DNA of 64,000 bases from Spirochaetia bacterium (GTDB taxonomy: Bacteria; Spirochaetota; Spirochaetia; UBA9216). The position numbers and the translations under genes were made by a program. Positions 1 to 9,305 of this stretch are shown in pieces. Numbering within the stretch: position 1 is the stretch's first letter; every line of letters starts with the position of its first letter. The notes beneath the pieces are model-generated. The model made no database searches, was not told the DNA's origin, and saw nothing but the letters and a program-made list of their open reading frames with translations. The stretch covers positions 3,136,001 to 3,200,000 of the forward strand of contig OY776510.1 of assembly GCA_963675665.1 (NCBI GenBank), read 5' to 3'.

Positions 1-42
1 GAAATAATTGAACTTATAAAAGAATATTATAATCAGGAGTAA
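1..42 (+). CDS. 3' end of an upstream CDS (partial, ...EIIELIKEYYNQE*)
   Basis: Frame 1 is open from base 1 to TAA at 40-42 with protein-like composition; too short to identify. Confidence 0.5.
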   Translation, partial: EIIELIKEYYNQE

Positions 43-100
43 TTATTTTAAAAAGATTTGAGGATTGGAATAAATATAATTTTTAATATATAATATTAAA

Positions 101-1564
101 ATGAAACTAACGGAACATTTTAAACCTTTCAGGGAAAATAGTATCGGTAATGATGCTGAAATGACTTTAAGTACCGGGGTTAAGGCTCCGGTCATATACG
201 CCGACTGGGTTGCAAGCGGCCGGCTATATAAAACTGTTGAAAAATTCATGGCTGAAACTGTAGGACCGCTGGTTGCCAATACTCACACCGAAACTACGCT
301 TACCGGAACTACCATGACTCATGCCTATCACCATGCCCGGGATATAATAAAGAAACATGTTAATGCCGGGAGTGAAGATCTTCTTTTTCTTGCCGGATTC
401 GGAATGACTGCAGCTGTAAATAAACTCCAGCGAATTCTTGGGCTGCGCATGCCGGAAGGCTGCCCCGCTTCCTGCAAGGACTATGACAGGCCGCTGGTGA
501 TAATTACACATATGGAACATCACTCAAACCAGATAACATGGGAAGAATGTCTATGTGATGTCGTTATTCTTCCGCGTGTCGATGAAACAGGGCTTCCGGA
601 TCTTGAAACGCTTCAGTTTCTGCTTGATGAGAACAAAAACAGAAAGCTTATAGGGGCATTTACAGCCTGCAGTAATGTTACCGGCATCATTACGCCTTAC
701 CATAAAATGGCGAAAATGATGCATAAGGCCGGAGGTCTTTGCTTTATAGATTTTGCCGCGTCGGCTCCTTATGTCGATATCAATATGCACCCTGCTGATA
801 AGGATGAGGCGCTTGACGTAATATACTTTTCACCGCATAAATTTCTGGGTGGGCCGGGGGCGTCCGGAATCCTGGTAATGAATAAAGCTCTTTATAAACG
901 GAACGTCCCCGATCACCCGGGCGGCGGAACAGTAAAGTGGACTACGCCGTTCGGCCGGCACAGTTATATTGACGAGATTGAACTTCGCGAAGACGGCGGC
1001 ACGCCAGGATTTCTGCAGGCAATAAGAGGAGCTCTTGCAATTAAAATCAAGAATGCCATGGGAACGGCCAATATCCTGAAACGGGAAGAGCAGCTTAAAA
1101 TAATACTTCTTGAAGAGCTTAAAAAGGAAGCCGGAGTCTTTTTACTTGAACCGCAGAATATGAACAGGTTGGGGATAATATCAGTTTATGCGCCCGGAGA
1201 ACATCACAATCTTATTGTAAAGCTTCTTAATGACAGGTTTGGAATACAAACACGGGGCGGCTGCAGCTGCGCGGGCACATATGGGCACCTTCTGTTTTCC
1301 ATAGATGAAAAAACATCGCACAAGATAACCGATATGATAGAGAGCGGAGATCTGACTGAAAAACCTGGCTGGGTACGGATATCGCTTCATCCATTGATGA
1401 CTGATGATGAAGTGCGTTTTATCGGAAAAGCAGTTGTTGAAGTTATCAGGAATTATAAACAGTGGCAGACAGACTATATTTTTCATCCTGAATCGGGAGA
1501 ATTTACGCTGAAAGAAGGAGAACCCGATTGCCGGAATTTACTTGATGAATTTCATCCAGCCTGA
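101..1564 (+). CDS. Class V PLP-dependent aminotransferase (cysteine desulfurase/selenocysteine lyase-like)
   Basis: YADWVASGR, ANTHT, EHHSN, SNVTG, DFAA, FSPHKFLGGPG (PLP Lys) and RGGCSCAG motifs. Confidence 0.85.
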   Translation: MKLTEHFKPFRENSIGNDAEMTLSTGVKAPVIYADWVASGRLYKTVEKFMAETVGPLVANTHTETTLTGTTMTHAYHHARDIIKKHVNAGSEDLLFLAGFGMTAAVNKLQRILGLRMPEGCPASCKDYDRPLVIITHMEHHSNQITWEECLCDVVILPRVDETGLPDLETLQFLLDENKNRKLIGAFTACSNVTGIITPYHKMAKMMHKAGGLCFIDFAASAPYVDINMHPADKDEALDVIYFSPHKFLGGPGASGILVMNKALYKRNVPDHPGGGTVKWTTPFGRHSYIDEIELREDGGTPGFLQAIRGALAIKIKNAMGTANILKREEQLKIILLEELKKEAGVFLLEPQNMNRLGIISVYAPGEHHNLIVKLLNDRFGIQTRGGCSCAGTYGHLLFSIDEKTSHKITDMIESGDLTEKPGWVRISLHPLMTDDEVRFIGKAVVEVIRNYKQWQTDYIFHPESGEFTLKEGEPDCRNLLDEFHPA

Positions 1565-1583
1565 AGGATATTTAGCAGGCCCC

Positions 1584-1619
1584 AAAAAAGGGGAGTCCGG
1601 ATTCGGATCGGACTCCCCT
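1584..1619 (-). terminator. Intrinsic terminator between convergent genes (U-tract on minus strand, ends patA)
   Basis: 11-bp stem AGGGGAGTCCG/CGGACTCCCCT preceded by an A-run on the plus strand. Confidence 0.8.
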
Positions 1620-1651
1620 CTAACATACAATTACCTGGTATGAAATTGCAG

Positions 1652-2992
1652 CTATACAACTTCTTTCAGAGTATCTTCAAGTCTGTTGAGAACTTCGTCA
1701 ATCTCTTCTTTTGTTATTATCAGAGCCGGTTCGAAGCGTATTGTATTTGCACTGATCAGTGTGCCCGCTACAAGAACTTTTCGTTTAAAGAGGCCTGAGG
1801 CCACCTTGTAACCGACCTTTGGATCATTAAAGTGCTGACCTATAAGAAGACCTTTTCCCGTGATTCTGTTGTATACTCCGGGATATTTCTTTGCAAGGTC
1901 TTCAATTTTCCCAATCATATATGCACCGTTTTCCGCTGCTTTCCGGGGAAGGTCGTCGCGAAGGGTTACATTAATAGCAGCTATGGCTGCTGCGCAGGCC
2001 ATAGGATTTCCTCCGGTTGTTGTTGTATGAATAAACGGGTTCGGATCCTCAAATGCTTTCCAGATTTTACTGCTTCCCATGAAGGCTCCAATAGGCATAA
2101 CGCCGCCTCCGAGAGATTTAGCGGTACAGAGTATATCCGGAGTTACATCCCAATGGTTTACTCCCCATAATTTACCTGTACGTCCCATACCTGTCTGAAC
2201 TTCATCGGCGATTAATAGAATTCCGTATTTATCGCAGATTTGACGTGCTCTGGGCCAGAAGTCATCCGGCGGAACAATGGCTCCGGCTTCTCCCTGTATG
2301 GGTTCAGCTATAAAACCGGCTATATCAATACCTACGATGTCGCAGATTTCAAGTTGCTTTTCAAGAGCATCAGCATCTCCGTAGGGAACATAAAAAGTCT
2401 GGCCGCCGTAGGGCTGAAGGCCTTTTCGATAGTCCTTTTTCCCCATAACCGATAATGAGCCCTGGGTTTTACCGTGAAAAGCCTTGACTGTAGATATAAA
2501 ATTGAATTTGCCTGTGTAAAGTTTTGCTATCTTAAGCGCACCTTCTATGGTTTCAGTTCCGCTGTTTACAAAAAAGGAATGGTCAATATCGCCGGGAGTA
2601 ATCTTTGCCATGAGAGCGGCAAGTGCTCCTCTGAGCGGATCCATAAGTTCCTGTGTCGGAATACCTGATCTGCCGGCCTGTGCTTTAACAGCTGCCACTA
2701 CTTCCGGATGAGACCAGCCAAGATCAAGCGCGCCGTAACCGCCGAGACAATCGATATATTCATTATCGAAGACATCGTAATATTTGGCTCCGGAGCCGCG
2801 CCATTCCGTTCCGGCATAGTCGCCTGCTTCTGTTACGGATTTTCTGTATTCAACCCATCCCTTGTTGAAATGATCCACAAAGTTGGTAACTGTTTCTTTG
2901 GAAATCATTTTCGCAGTTTCTTCGGTAATTTTATCGCTTAAAACGATGTCATACCATTTTTGTGCAAACTGCTGTGCGTTCTGTGAACTCAT
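1652..2992 (-). CDS. patA: Putrescine aminotransferase (class III PLP aminotransferase)
   Basis: EYRKSVT-GDY-EW, IDCLGGYG, FHGK, EPIQGEAG, DEVQTGMGRTG, AKSLGGG and IHTTTTGGNP closely follow PatA/YgjG. Confidence 0.85.
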   Translation of the reverse strand: MSSQNAQQFAQKWYDIVLSDKITEETAKMISKETVTNFVDHFNKGWVEYRKSVTEAGDYAGTEWRGSGAKYYDVFDNEYIDCLGGYGALDLGWSHPEVVAAVKAQAGRSGIPTQELMDPLRGALAALMAKITPGDIDHSFFVNSGTETIEGALKIAKLYTGKFNFISTVKAFHGKTQGSLSVMGKKDYRKGLQPYGGQTFYVPYGDADALEKQLEICDIVGIDIAGFIAEPIQGEAGAIVPPDDFWPRARQICDKYGILLIADEVQTGMGRTGKLWGVNHWDVTPDILCTAKSLGGGVMPIGAFMGSSKIWKAFEDPNPFIHTTTTGGNPMACAAAIAAINVTLRDDLPRKAAENGAYMIGKIEDLAKKYPGVYNRITGKGLLIGQHFNDPKVGYKVASGLFKRKVLVAGTLISANTIRFEPALIITKEEIDEVLNRLEDTLKEVV

Positions 2993-3077
2993 TTTATTCT
3001 CCTTTGAGTCTTGTAAAACAGGGGCTGAGGTAATTATTCAGCACCTGCTTTATTTTGATTTATACTTTACCGGTTAT

Positions 3078-4589
3078 TTAAATAGCGACAAAACCGGTGA
3101 TTAAAAATGCGATAGCTGCTATAAAAGCCCCAAGTATACCGTAAGGGGCCTGGGTAAATGCATGTCTGAGGTTGTCACATCCTGTTGCTGCAGAAGTAAG
3201 GATAGTAGCGTCGGAATAAAAACAGATATGAGATCCCCATCCGCCTGCAGCTGCTACAGCTCCGATAACAATTAAGGGGTTTACACCCAGGTTCAGGGCT
3301 ATAGGAATAACCATCGGTATGGCTATTACATACATTCCCCAGGAAAGGCCCATAATGAATTCGGTAATACCGAGAATAATAAATACTACGAAAGGAAGCA
3401 TCTGCGGTGTTACGTTAGCGGTTGCGCTTGTGATGACATAGTCGAGGAACCCTATTGCTTCGTTTCCTGCTGCAAACATGTATGCAAGCACTACCATAAT
3501 CAAAGGAAGAAGCATATTCTTGACACCTTCAATAACAAGATCAAAGAATTCCATTTCATCAATAATTCCCTGGAAAACATAGAAGAAGAAGGTGAATGCC
3601 AGGGTGATTAAAACTCCGGCCTGCATATCTACATCAGTAAGAATAGTGGCAACTACAAGTACTATAATCGGAAGAAAGAAATTGATGAGTTTGGGGTTAT
3701 CGGGAATCTTGAGTTCCTTATCACCGCGGATATCAATCTTTTCGGAACCGTCCGGTGCAAGCTGTCCTGTTTCTTTTGCACGTTTGTAAGCGCCTTTCAT
3801 CGGCCCGAAAATTGGAATAATACCGATAATTACAAGCGGTACAATCAATGCCGCTGCCCAGGCGTAATAGTTATAAGGTATTGAACCTATAAAATATTTC
3901 AGACCTTCGCCGTCGGCGGTAAGACCCTGTTGCTCAATAAGGCTGCCTATAAAAATTGCCCAGGTAGATATCGGTACAAGCAGACAAACCGGAGCAGCGG
4001 TTGAGTCTACAATATATGCAAGCATCTCTCTCGGAACTTTGTGTTTGTCGGTACAGGGCGCCATGCTCGATCCAACGGTAAGCGAGTTTAAATAATCATC
4101 AATAAAGATAACTACACCGAGCAGCCAGCTCCAGAGCAGTGTGCCTTTTTCTGTTTTAGCTTTGCTGGCAACAAAATTGCCGAAAGCATAAGCTCCGCCC
4201 GCTCTTTCAATAAGTGCTATTAAAGAACCCATCAAACCGCAGACGATAAACAGCCACCCGATGTCTTCGTTTATCATCGTTTCAAGAAGCGCATCGCTCC
4301 AGGGCCAGAAAAACCCTGTTTTGTATGCCAAAATAAATCCGAACACGGACCCGAGAACCAGAGATTCAAGTATGCGTTTTGTCCAGAAAATGTAGAAGAG
4401 CAGAAAAGCCGAGGGAAGTATTGTAAGTATCCCAAGATTCTCAGCGTCAGGTACGACAGCGCCTATTATAAAAAAGGCTGCAATAAGAATTACCCAGGTC
4501 AGGACCTTCTTTTTGATGTTTCCGTTGCCTTTACCGTTTAAAAACGATTGCTTTAAGGCCGATTCGGAACTTGGTTTGGTATTATCCAT
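3078..4589 (-). CDS. Na+/H+ antiporter NhaC family transporter (probable amino acid/polyamine transporter)
   Basis: Multi-TM protein with IFIDDY, DSTAAP..P.STW, GLSWG and SDATILTS motifs; SD GGAGG upstream. Confidence 0.85.
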   Translation of the reverse strand: MDNTKPSSESALKQSFLNGKGNGNIKKKVLTWVILIAAFFIIGAVVPDAENLGILTILPSAFLLFYIFWTKRILESLVLGSVFGFILAYKTGFFWPWSDALLETMINEDIGWLFIVCGLMGSLIALIERAGGAYAFGNFVASKAKTEKGTLLWSWLLGVVIFIDDYLNSLTVGSSMAPCTDKHKVPREMLAYIVDSTAAPVCLLVPISTWAIFIGSLIEQQGLTADGEGLKYFIGSIPYNYYAWAAALIVPLVIIGIIPIFGPMKGAYKRAKETGQLAPDGSEKIDIRGDKELKIPDNPKLINFFLPIIVLVVATILTDVDMQAGVLITLAFTFFFYVFQGIIDEMEFFDLVIEGVKNMLLPLIMVVLAYMFAAGNEAIGFLDYVITSATANVTPQMLPFVVFIILGITEFIMGLSWGMYVIAIPMVIPIALNLGVNPLIVIGAVAAAGGWGSHICFYSDATILTSAATGCDNLRHAFTQAPYGILGAFIAAIAFLITGFVAI

Positions 4590-4740
4590 CTCATAAACCT
4601 CCTAAAAAACATAAAATAAGAATAAATTATGTTTATAAGTGTTGTCAAGGAAAAAATAAAAGTAAAATAGGAACACATATAAGAGGAAAAGTTTGATTTA
4701 GGAGCCGATTAGTGCTATATAATAAATAGGTGGTATTACG

Positions 4741-4768
4741 TTGACAAAGGAGATTTAATAAATAAAAT
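4741..4768 (+). promoter_or_regulatory. Sigma70-type promoter for Lrp gene (probably leaderless transcript)
   Basis: TTGACA-16nt-TAAAAT; ATG lies 7 nt after the -10 box. Confidence 0.6.
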
Positions 4769-4774
4769 AGAACT

Positions 4775-5254
4775 ATGTTCAGTCCGTATGATGAGCTTGA
4801 TTATAGAATACTCGTTAAGTTGCGTGAGAACTGCAGAAAGTCAGCTTCAGATATTGCCCGGGAACTTGGTGAGAATGAACGTAAGGTGCGAAAGAGAATT
4901 GATCGCATGATATCGCTGGGAATCGGAAAATTCACTGTTGTTATCGATCCGAAAACTTTCGGATATGGTATAACTGTCGATATTTTTCTTGAAATTGAGC
5001 CGGAAAAAGAAAAAAGTATTATGGATACCCTGGCGTCGATTCCCGAATTGACTTATATTGCAAACGCCCAGGAATCGAATATTATATCAATTGAAGGTTA
5101 TTTCAGAACCAACGAAGAGATGTATGATTTTCTCCGCGAAAGGCTTCCAGGTATTGAAGGCGTAAGCATAAAAAGTTATGCGCTTGTACCGAGGATACTG
5201 AGGGATATAGACAGCTGGATGCCTGATCCGGAATCATTCGGCATAACGGAATAA
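4775..5254 (+). CDS. Lrp/AsnC family transcriptional regulator
   Basis: N-terminal HTH (DELDYRIL..L....RKSASDIARELG....VRKRI) and RAM-like C-terminus; divergent from transporter-patA. Confidence 0.9.
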   Translation: MFSPYDELDYRILVKLRENCRKSASDIARELGENERKVRKRIDRMISLGIGKFTVVIDPKTFGYGITVDIFLEIEPEKEKSIMDTLASIPELTYIANAQESNIISIEGYFRTNEEMYDFLRERLPGIEGVSIKSYALVPRILRDIDSWMPDPESFGITE

Positions 5255-5257
5255 CTG

Positions 5258-6445
5258 TTAAGCTTTCTTTCTTACGATAAAACCTTCTTCCACAGGGGCG
5301 TTCGTTGTAATTGTATAAATCTTGCCGTGATCGGCCTGGTCAACCGGCAAGCCTTCCTCGTCGTAGATCATATAGAAATCGTCTTCCACGAACAAAACAT
5401 CCGGACCGATAAATTCAAGCGTTTCGCCTGGTTTTATCTGGTTTTTTACTATCAGCTCCCACTGGTTCTCACTGATTTTCCGGCCGATAATTCCCATGAA
5501 AATATACTGCCGCAGATATGACTTTTCAGTAGGAACTTCAATATCGTCTTTACCGAAATAAAATCCGGTTGAAAATTCGCGATGGCTGACTTTATAAAGT
5601 TCATCTTTATACCCGGTAATATCTTCGCCGATGCCGGCCAGTGCGTCTACAGCTTTGCGATAGGCGCGGGTTACAACGGCTGTATAGTATATAGATTTCA
5701 TGCGGCCTTCAATTTTCAGCGAATCAACTCCGGCATCACGAAGTTCTGCAAGATGATCGATCATACAGATATCTTTTGATGAAAGAATGCTTGTAAACCC
5801 GTCTCCTTCATAGACTGGATAGTATTCTCCCGGGCGTTTTGCTTCTTCGAGAACTCTGTAGTCCCAGCGGCAGGAATGCGAACAGTTTCCCTGATTGCCG
5901 CTGCGGTCAGCCATCCAGGCACTCAGGAAGCATCGGCCCGAATATGCAAGGCACATGGCACCGTGGACAAAGCATTCAAGCTCAACCTCAGGAACGGCGT
6001 TTTTAATCCTGCTTATCTCGGACAGTGAAGTTTCCCGGCCAAGCACGACTCTTGTAAAACCCATATCCCGGTACATTTTAACAGCTTCGGAGTTAACGCA
6101 ATTAGCCTGAGTACTCAGGTGAAGCTCGGTATCAGGAAAGTGTTTTTGAAGCCTGCGGACAATTCCGATATCGCTTATAATAAATGCATCAAACGGGTAG
6201 TTGGCAATATATTCAAGGTTGTCATCAAGAGCGTCGAGGTCGCCCTCGTGAAAATAGATATTCAGGGCTCCGTAAAGTTTTTTGGAACCCTTGATAGCAC
6301 GGATGATTTTGTATTCTTCGTCATTAAAGTTATCAGCCTTCTGGCGCAGTGAAAAATTTCTTATGCCTATATATGCTGCATCAGCGCCGTAAAGATAAGC
6401 GTATTTAAGTTTTTCGACATTTCCTGCCGGTGCAAGTACTTCCAT
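5258..6445 (-). CDS. U32 family peptidase-like protein (TrhP/YegQ-like RNA hydroxylation family)
   Basis: EVLAPAG, GADA.Y.G, HLSTQAN, FVHGAMCLAYSGRC, C..SCR and SLKIEGR motifs; start re-called to ATG 6445. Confidence 0.88.
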   Translation of the reverse strand: MEVLAPAGNVEKLKYAYLYGADAAYIGIRNFSLRQKADNFNDEEYKIIRAIKGSKKLYGALNIYFHEGDLDALDDNLEYIANYPFDAFIISDIGIVRRLQKHFPDTELHLSTQANCVNSEAVKMYRDMGFTRVVLGRETSLSEISRIKNAVPEVELECFVHGAMCLAYSGRCFLSAWMADRSGNQGNCSHSCRWDYRVLEEAKRPGEYYPVYEGDGFTSILSSKDICMIDHLAELRDAGVDSLKIEGRMKSIYYTAVVTRAYRKAVDALAGIGEDITGYKDELYKVSHREFSTGFYFGKDDIEVPTEKSYLRQYIFMGIIGRKISENQWELIVKNQIKPGETLEFIGPDVLFVEDDFYMIYDEEGLPVDQADHGKIYTITTNAPVEEGFIVRKKA

Positions 6446-6452
6446 AAAACGC

Positions 6453-6481
6453 AGAATATCAGGAAAACAGCGACTCGGCAA
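6453..6481 (-). promoter_or_regulatory. Sigma70-type promoter directly upstream of U32 start codon
   Basis: TTGCCG-17nt-TATTCT with extended TG; 7-nt gap to ATG. Confidence 0.5.
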
Positions 6482-6564
6482 TGATGAATACTGCATGAAA
6501 CGGTTTATTATAAAATAATCCGGTATACAAAACTTCAGTCATTATTTAAAATACTGATGAAATC

Positions 6565-7482
6565 ATGAATATAAAATATGGATTCTTACTGATATTATGT
6601 CTCTTTTATCTATGTGTTTCGGACATTTTGTCTGCAGAGCAGCTTACAAAAGTTACCGGCAATGAAATATCAGGCTATCAGTGGCCTGAATCCATTTTTC
6701 CTACTGCACCGCCAGTCGGGAGTGTTAAGGCAATTACTGAAACAGCATTTTCACTTCAGGAGAATGGAGGGAGTTTCAGCAGAGAATTAAAGTATACGCT
6801 GATTTTACGATACGGCAAAGACGGCCTTCTTCAGTCGGAGGAGTATTTCAACAGCGACGGAAGCCCGGCTAACAGTATAAACTATACCTATGAAAACGGT
6901 CGACTCGTATTGAAAACACAAAACCATCCAAGTGTTCAGAACCCCGATCGCGAAATCTTTATAATATCGGAAGACGGCAGAATAGTTGAAGCGGAAAAGA
7001 TTTTTTCAAAGGGAAATTACGGCTGGAAGTACCGGAACTCTTATGACAACCATGGACGAATAGTGCTTACAAGCAAATATGACCGGTACTGGAAATGGCA
7101 GCTGGTATACAGCAGGTTGTTTGAGTATGATGAATCAGGCAGGCTCATAGCCACTGAAGGTTACGGTATGAAAAGCGAACTTTTATGGCGTGATGAACAC
7201 AGTTACGATTCTGACGGCCGTGAAATTGAATCTGTAAAATACAATCCCGACGGAGAGCTGGTTGTCAGAATTGTAAATGAATATACCAACTCCGGGCAAT
7301 ATTCCCGCAGGGAGTTTTTTGATCATAATAATACAAGTTATGCCGTTTATACATACGGATGGAATCATGATGAAAAAGGAAACTGGACCGCAAAGATAAC
7401 AGGAAGAGAAGTGCAGGGCAGCTGTTCTTCATATATTCTGCCTGATTCCATGATTAGCCGTGAAATTGAGTATTATAAATAG
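6565..7482 (+). CDS. Secreted YD/RHS-like repeat protein
   Basis: Signal peptide; repeated YxYDxxGR(L/I) units (YENGRL, YDNHGRI, YDESGRL, YDSDGRE, HDEKGNW). Confidence 0.7.
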   Translation: MNIKYGFLLILCLFYLCVSDILSAEQLTKVTGNEISGYQWPESIFPTAPPVGSVKAITETAFSLQENGGSFSRELKYTLILRYGKDGLLQSEEYFNSDGSPANSINYTYENGRLVLKTQNHPSVQNPDREIFIISEDGRIVEAEKIFSKGNYGWKYRNSYDNHGRIVLTSKYDRYWKWQLVYSRLFEYDESGRLIATEGYGMKSELLWRDEHSYDSDGREIESVKYNPDGELVVRIVNEYTNSGQYSRREFFDHNNTSYAVYTYGWNHDEKGNWTAKITGREVQGSCSSYILPDSMISREIEYYK

Positions 7483-7546
7483 TCTTACCTGATTTTGTAT
7501 TCAGCAAGACTGACGACTCATATTTTTAAATTATATGCGGACATTT

Positions 7547-7575
7547 AAAAGATCCCGCCCTAAAGGCGGGACTGA
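7547..7575. terminator. Terminator hairpin between convergent genes
   Basis: TCCCGCC-ctaaa-GGCGGGA with a flanking A-run. Confidence 0.6.
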
Positions 7576-7578
7576 TTT

Positions 7579-9216
7579 CTATTCAAATATTGCGGCGTAA
7601 ATCTTTTCACTGCTCTGGAAAGAAAGCACGGCCTTTCCGTTTGAACTGACGGCAAGCGTCGGGTTCGAATCTATGTAATCAGCTCCGGCAAAGGTTGTAA
7701 AAGTTGAGCTGGTTTCGTCAGCTATCCAGCTGTCCCAAGCGGCATTATACTTGTATCTTTTTACTTTAACAGACGTTTCCGCATAATTAACATAAACTAT
7801 AAAACCGTTTCCCGTCTGATCAAGAGCAACTTCGGGAGAGAAATTGTCCGTAGCGTCGCCTATAGTTTCAAGGGTTGAAGCGTATGAACTGCTCCAGACG
7901 TCCCATCCTCCGGCTTCTATTTTGCCCGCATACATATTGCCGTCTGCAAACCATATGGACATTATGTTACCGTTTCCGTCGAATGCTGCTTCGGGGTTTT
8001 TACACCATTCTATCGGGTCCCACAGGGTTTTTGCCGAACTCAGCGTGTCGGCAGAAGCGTCGTAAAATCCGGCTTTTATGAGTTCACTACCGACATACCA
8101 CATAAGAATCGCGTTGCCGTCGGCATCACATGCCACACTCGTGTTATACGTGTTTAAACTGCTCAGCTGGTTCACGTCGCTCCATGCTTTTGTCGAGGCA
8201 TTGTATCTGCTCATGTAGGCATCCTGATCGTAGATCCATACTGCGAAAGCGTTGCCGTTTCCGTCCATGGCGCAATGCGGATCAGTTATGCCGTTATGGG
8301 AGCAGAGCTGTGAAGCACCGCCCCATTCGCCGTTTGAATAAATATCAGTCCAGATATAATTTGTTTCGTCGTCAAATACGCCCCAGACCAGGGCGGCCGA
8401 TTCGAGAGAGCCCTTTGCGGCGGCAGCGCTGATAAGCGTATCGGTATGTTCGTGAGAGGTAAGGCCGGATGCCGTACCCCAGTTGCCGTCGTCAAGGATT
8501 GAAGAAAACAGTTTCTCATCGGCTATTTCGTCGTATTCGGCCCATGCTGAAATACCGAAGCCGTTACCGTTGGATGCTGCCACGGGATATGTGAAGTTGC
8601 CTTCCATGGCATAAGTTGACGACCGTGCTCCGGGATTACTCCACGCGCTGCCGTTCCAGAAGGACGAGTAGGCCCAATAACGAGCATCGTTTACTATAAC
8701 GTCGAAAACAGCGACAGCCCGGTCGGGCGTGTAAAAAGCAACCTGCGGGTTATAACTGCCGTAGTAAATGTCGCTTACGGTCATAAGGCTGCTCCACTGT
8801 CCGTCTCGAATGCGGAAACTGTAGTTCTTTTCAAGGCTCTGAGTTGCACGGCTGTCTGTGTGGGTAATATTAATCGAGATGCTGTATGAAGTATATAGCG
8901 AGAGCTCGGAGGAAGGGGTAAAGGTAATAATTTTACCGGTGCTGTCAAGCGAAAGGCTGCCTGAAACCGGGCCTGCTTCGGTTGATACTGTAACGCTGCC
9001 CGAGGGAATAAGCGATTCGGTGATGGCTCCGTCGAGAGTAATAACAACATCTGTTCCGGGGTCAACATCCACGTCGTTGTCCGCAGGGCTGACGGAAACA
9101 ACCGAAGGCATTGTAAATGACGGGGTTTCGGTGTCTCCGTCATCCTGGGAACAGCCGATGATAAAAACAGCAATTAAAACAATTAGAAAAAATGAGGTAA
9201 CAGAACTATTTTTCAT
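7579..9216 (-). CDS. Lipoprotein with N-terminal Ig-like (Big_5-type) domain and beta-rich repeat region
   Basis: Lipobox IIGC; PSVVSVSPADN..V...T.V.IT...FTP...L...TSY is Big_5-like; repeated DxxGNxxxxW units; start re-called to 9216 behind SD AGAGGA. Confidence 0.7.
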   Translation of the reverse strand: MKNSSVTSFFLIVLIAVFIIGCSQDDGDTETPSFTMPSVVSVSPADNDVDVDPGTDVVITLDGAITESLIPSGSVTVSTEAGPVSGSLSLDSTGKIITFTPSSELSLYTSYSISINITHTDSRATQSLEKNYSFRIRDGQWSSLMTVSDIYYGSYNPQVAFYTPDRAVAVFDVIVNDARYWAYSSFWNGSAWSNPGARSSTYAMEGNFTYPVAASNGNGFGISAWAEYDEIADEKLFSSILDDGNWGTASGLTSHEHTDTLISAAAAKGSLESAALVWGVFDDETNYIWTDIYSNGEWGGASQLCSHNGITDPHCAMDGNGNAFAVWIYDQDAYMSRYNASTKAWSDVNQLSSLNTYNTSVACDADGNAILMWYVGSELIKAGFYDASADTLSSAKTLWDPIEWCKNPEAAFDGNGNIMSIWFADGNMYAGKIEAGGWDVWSSSYASTLETIGDATDNFSPEVALDQTGNGFIVYVNYAETSVKVKRYKYNAAWDSWIADETSSTFTTFAGADYIDSNPTLAVSSNGKAVLSFQSSEKIYAAIFE

Positions 9217-9305
9217 AAAATCCTCTTTATTCAATAAAAATACAATATATTATAATTTACAGCAGTTTGTTTGAGCTTTCAATTTATTTTATCTGTAACT
9301 TGTGT

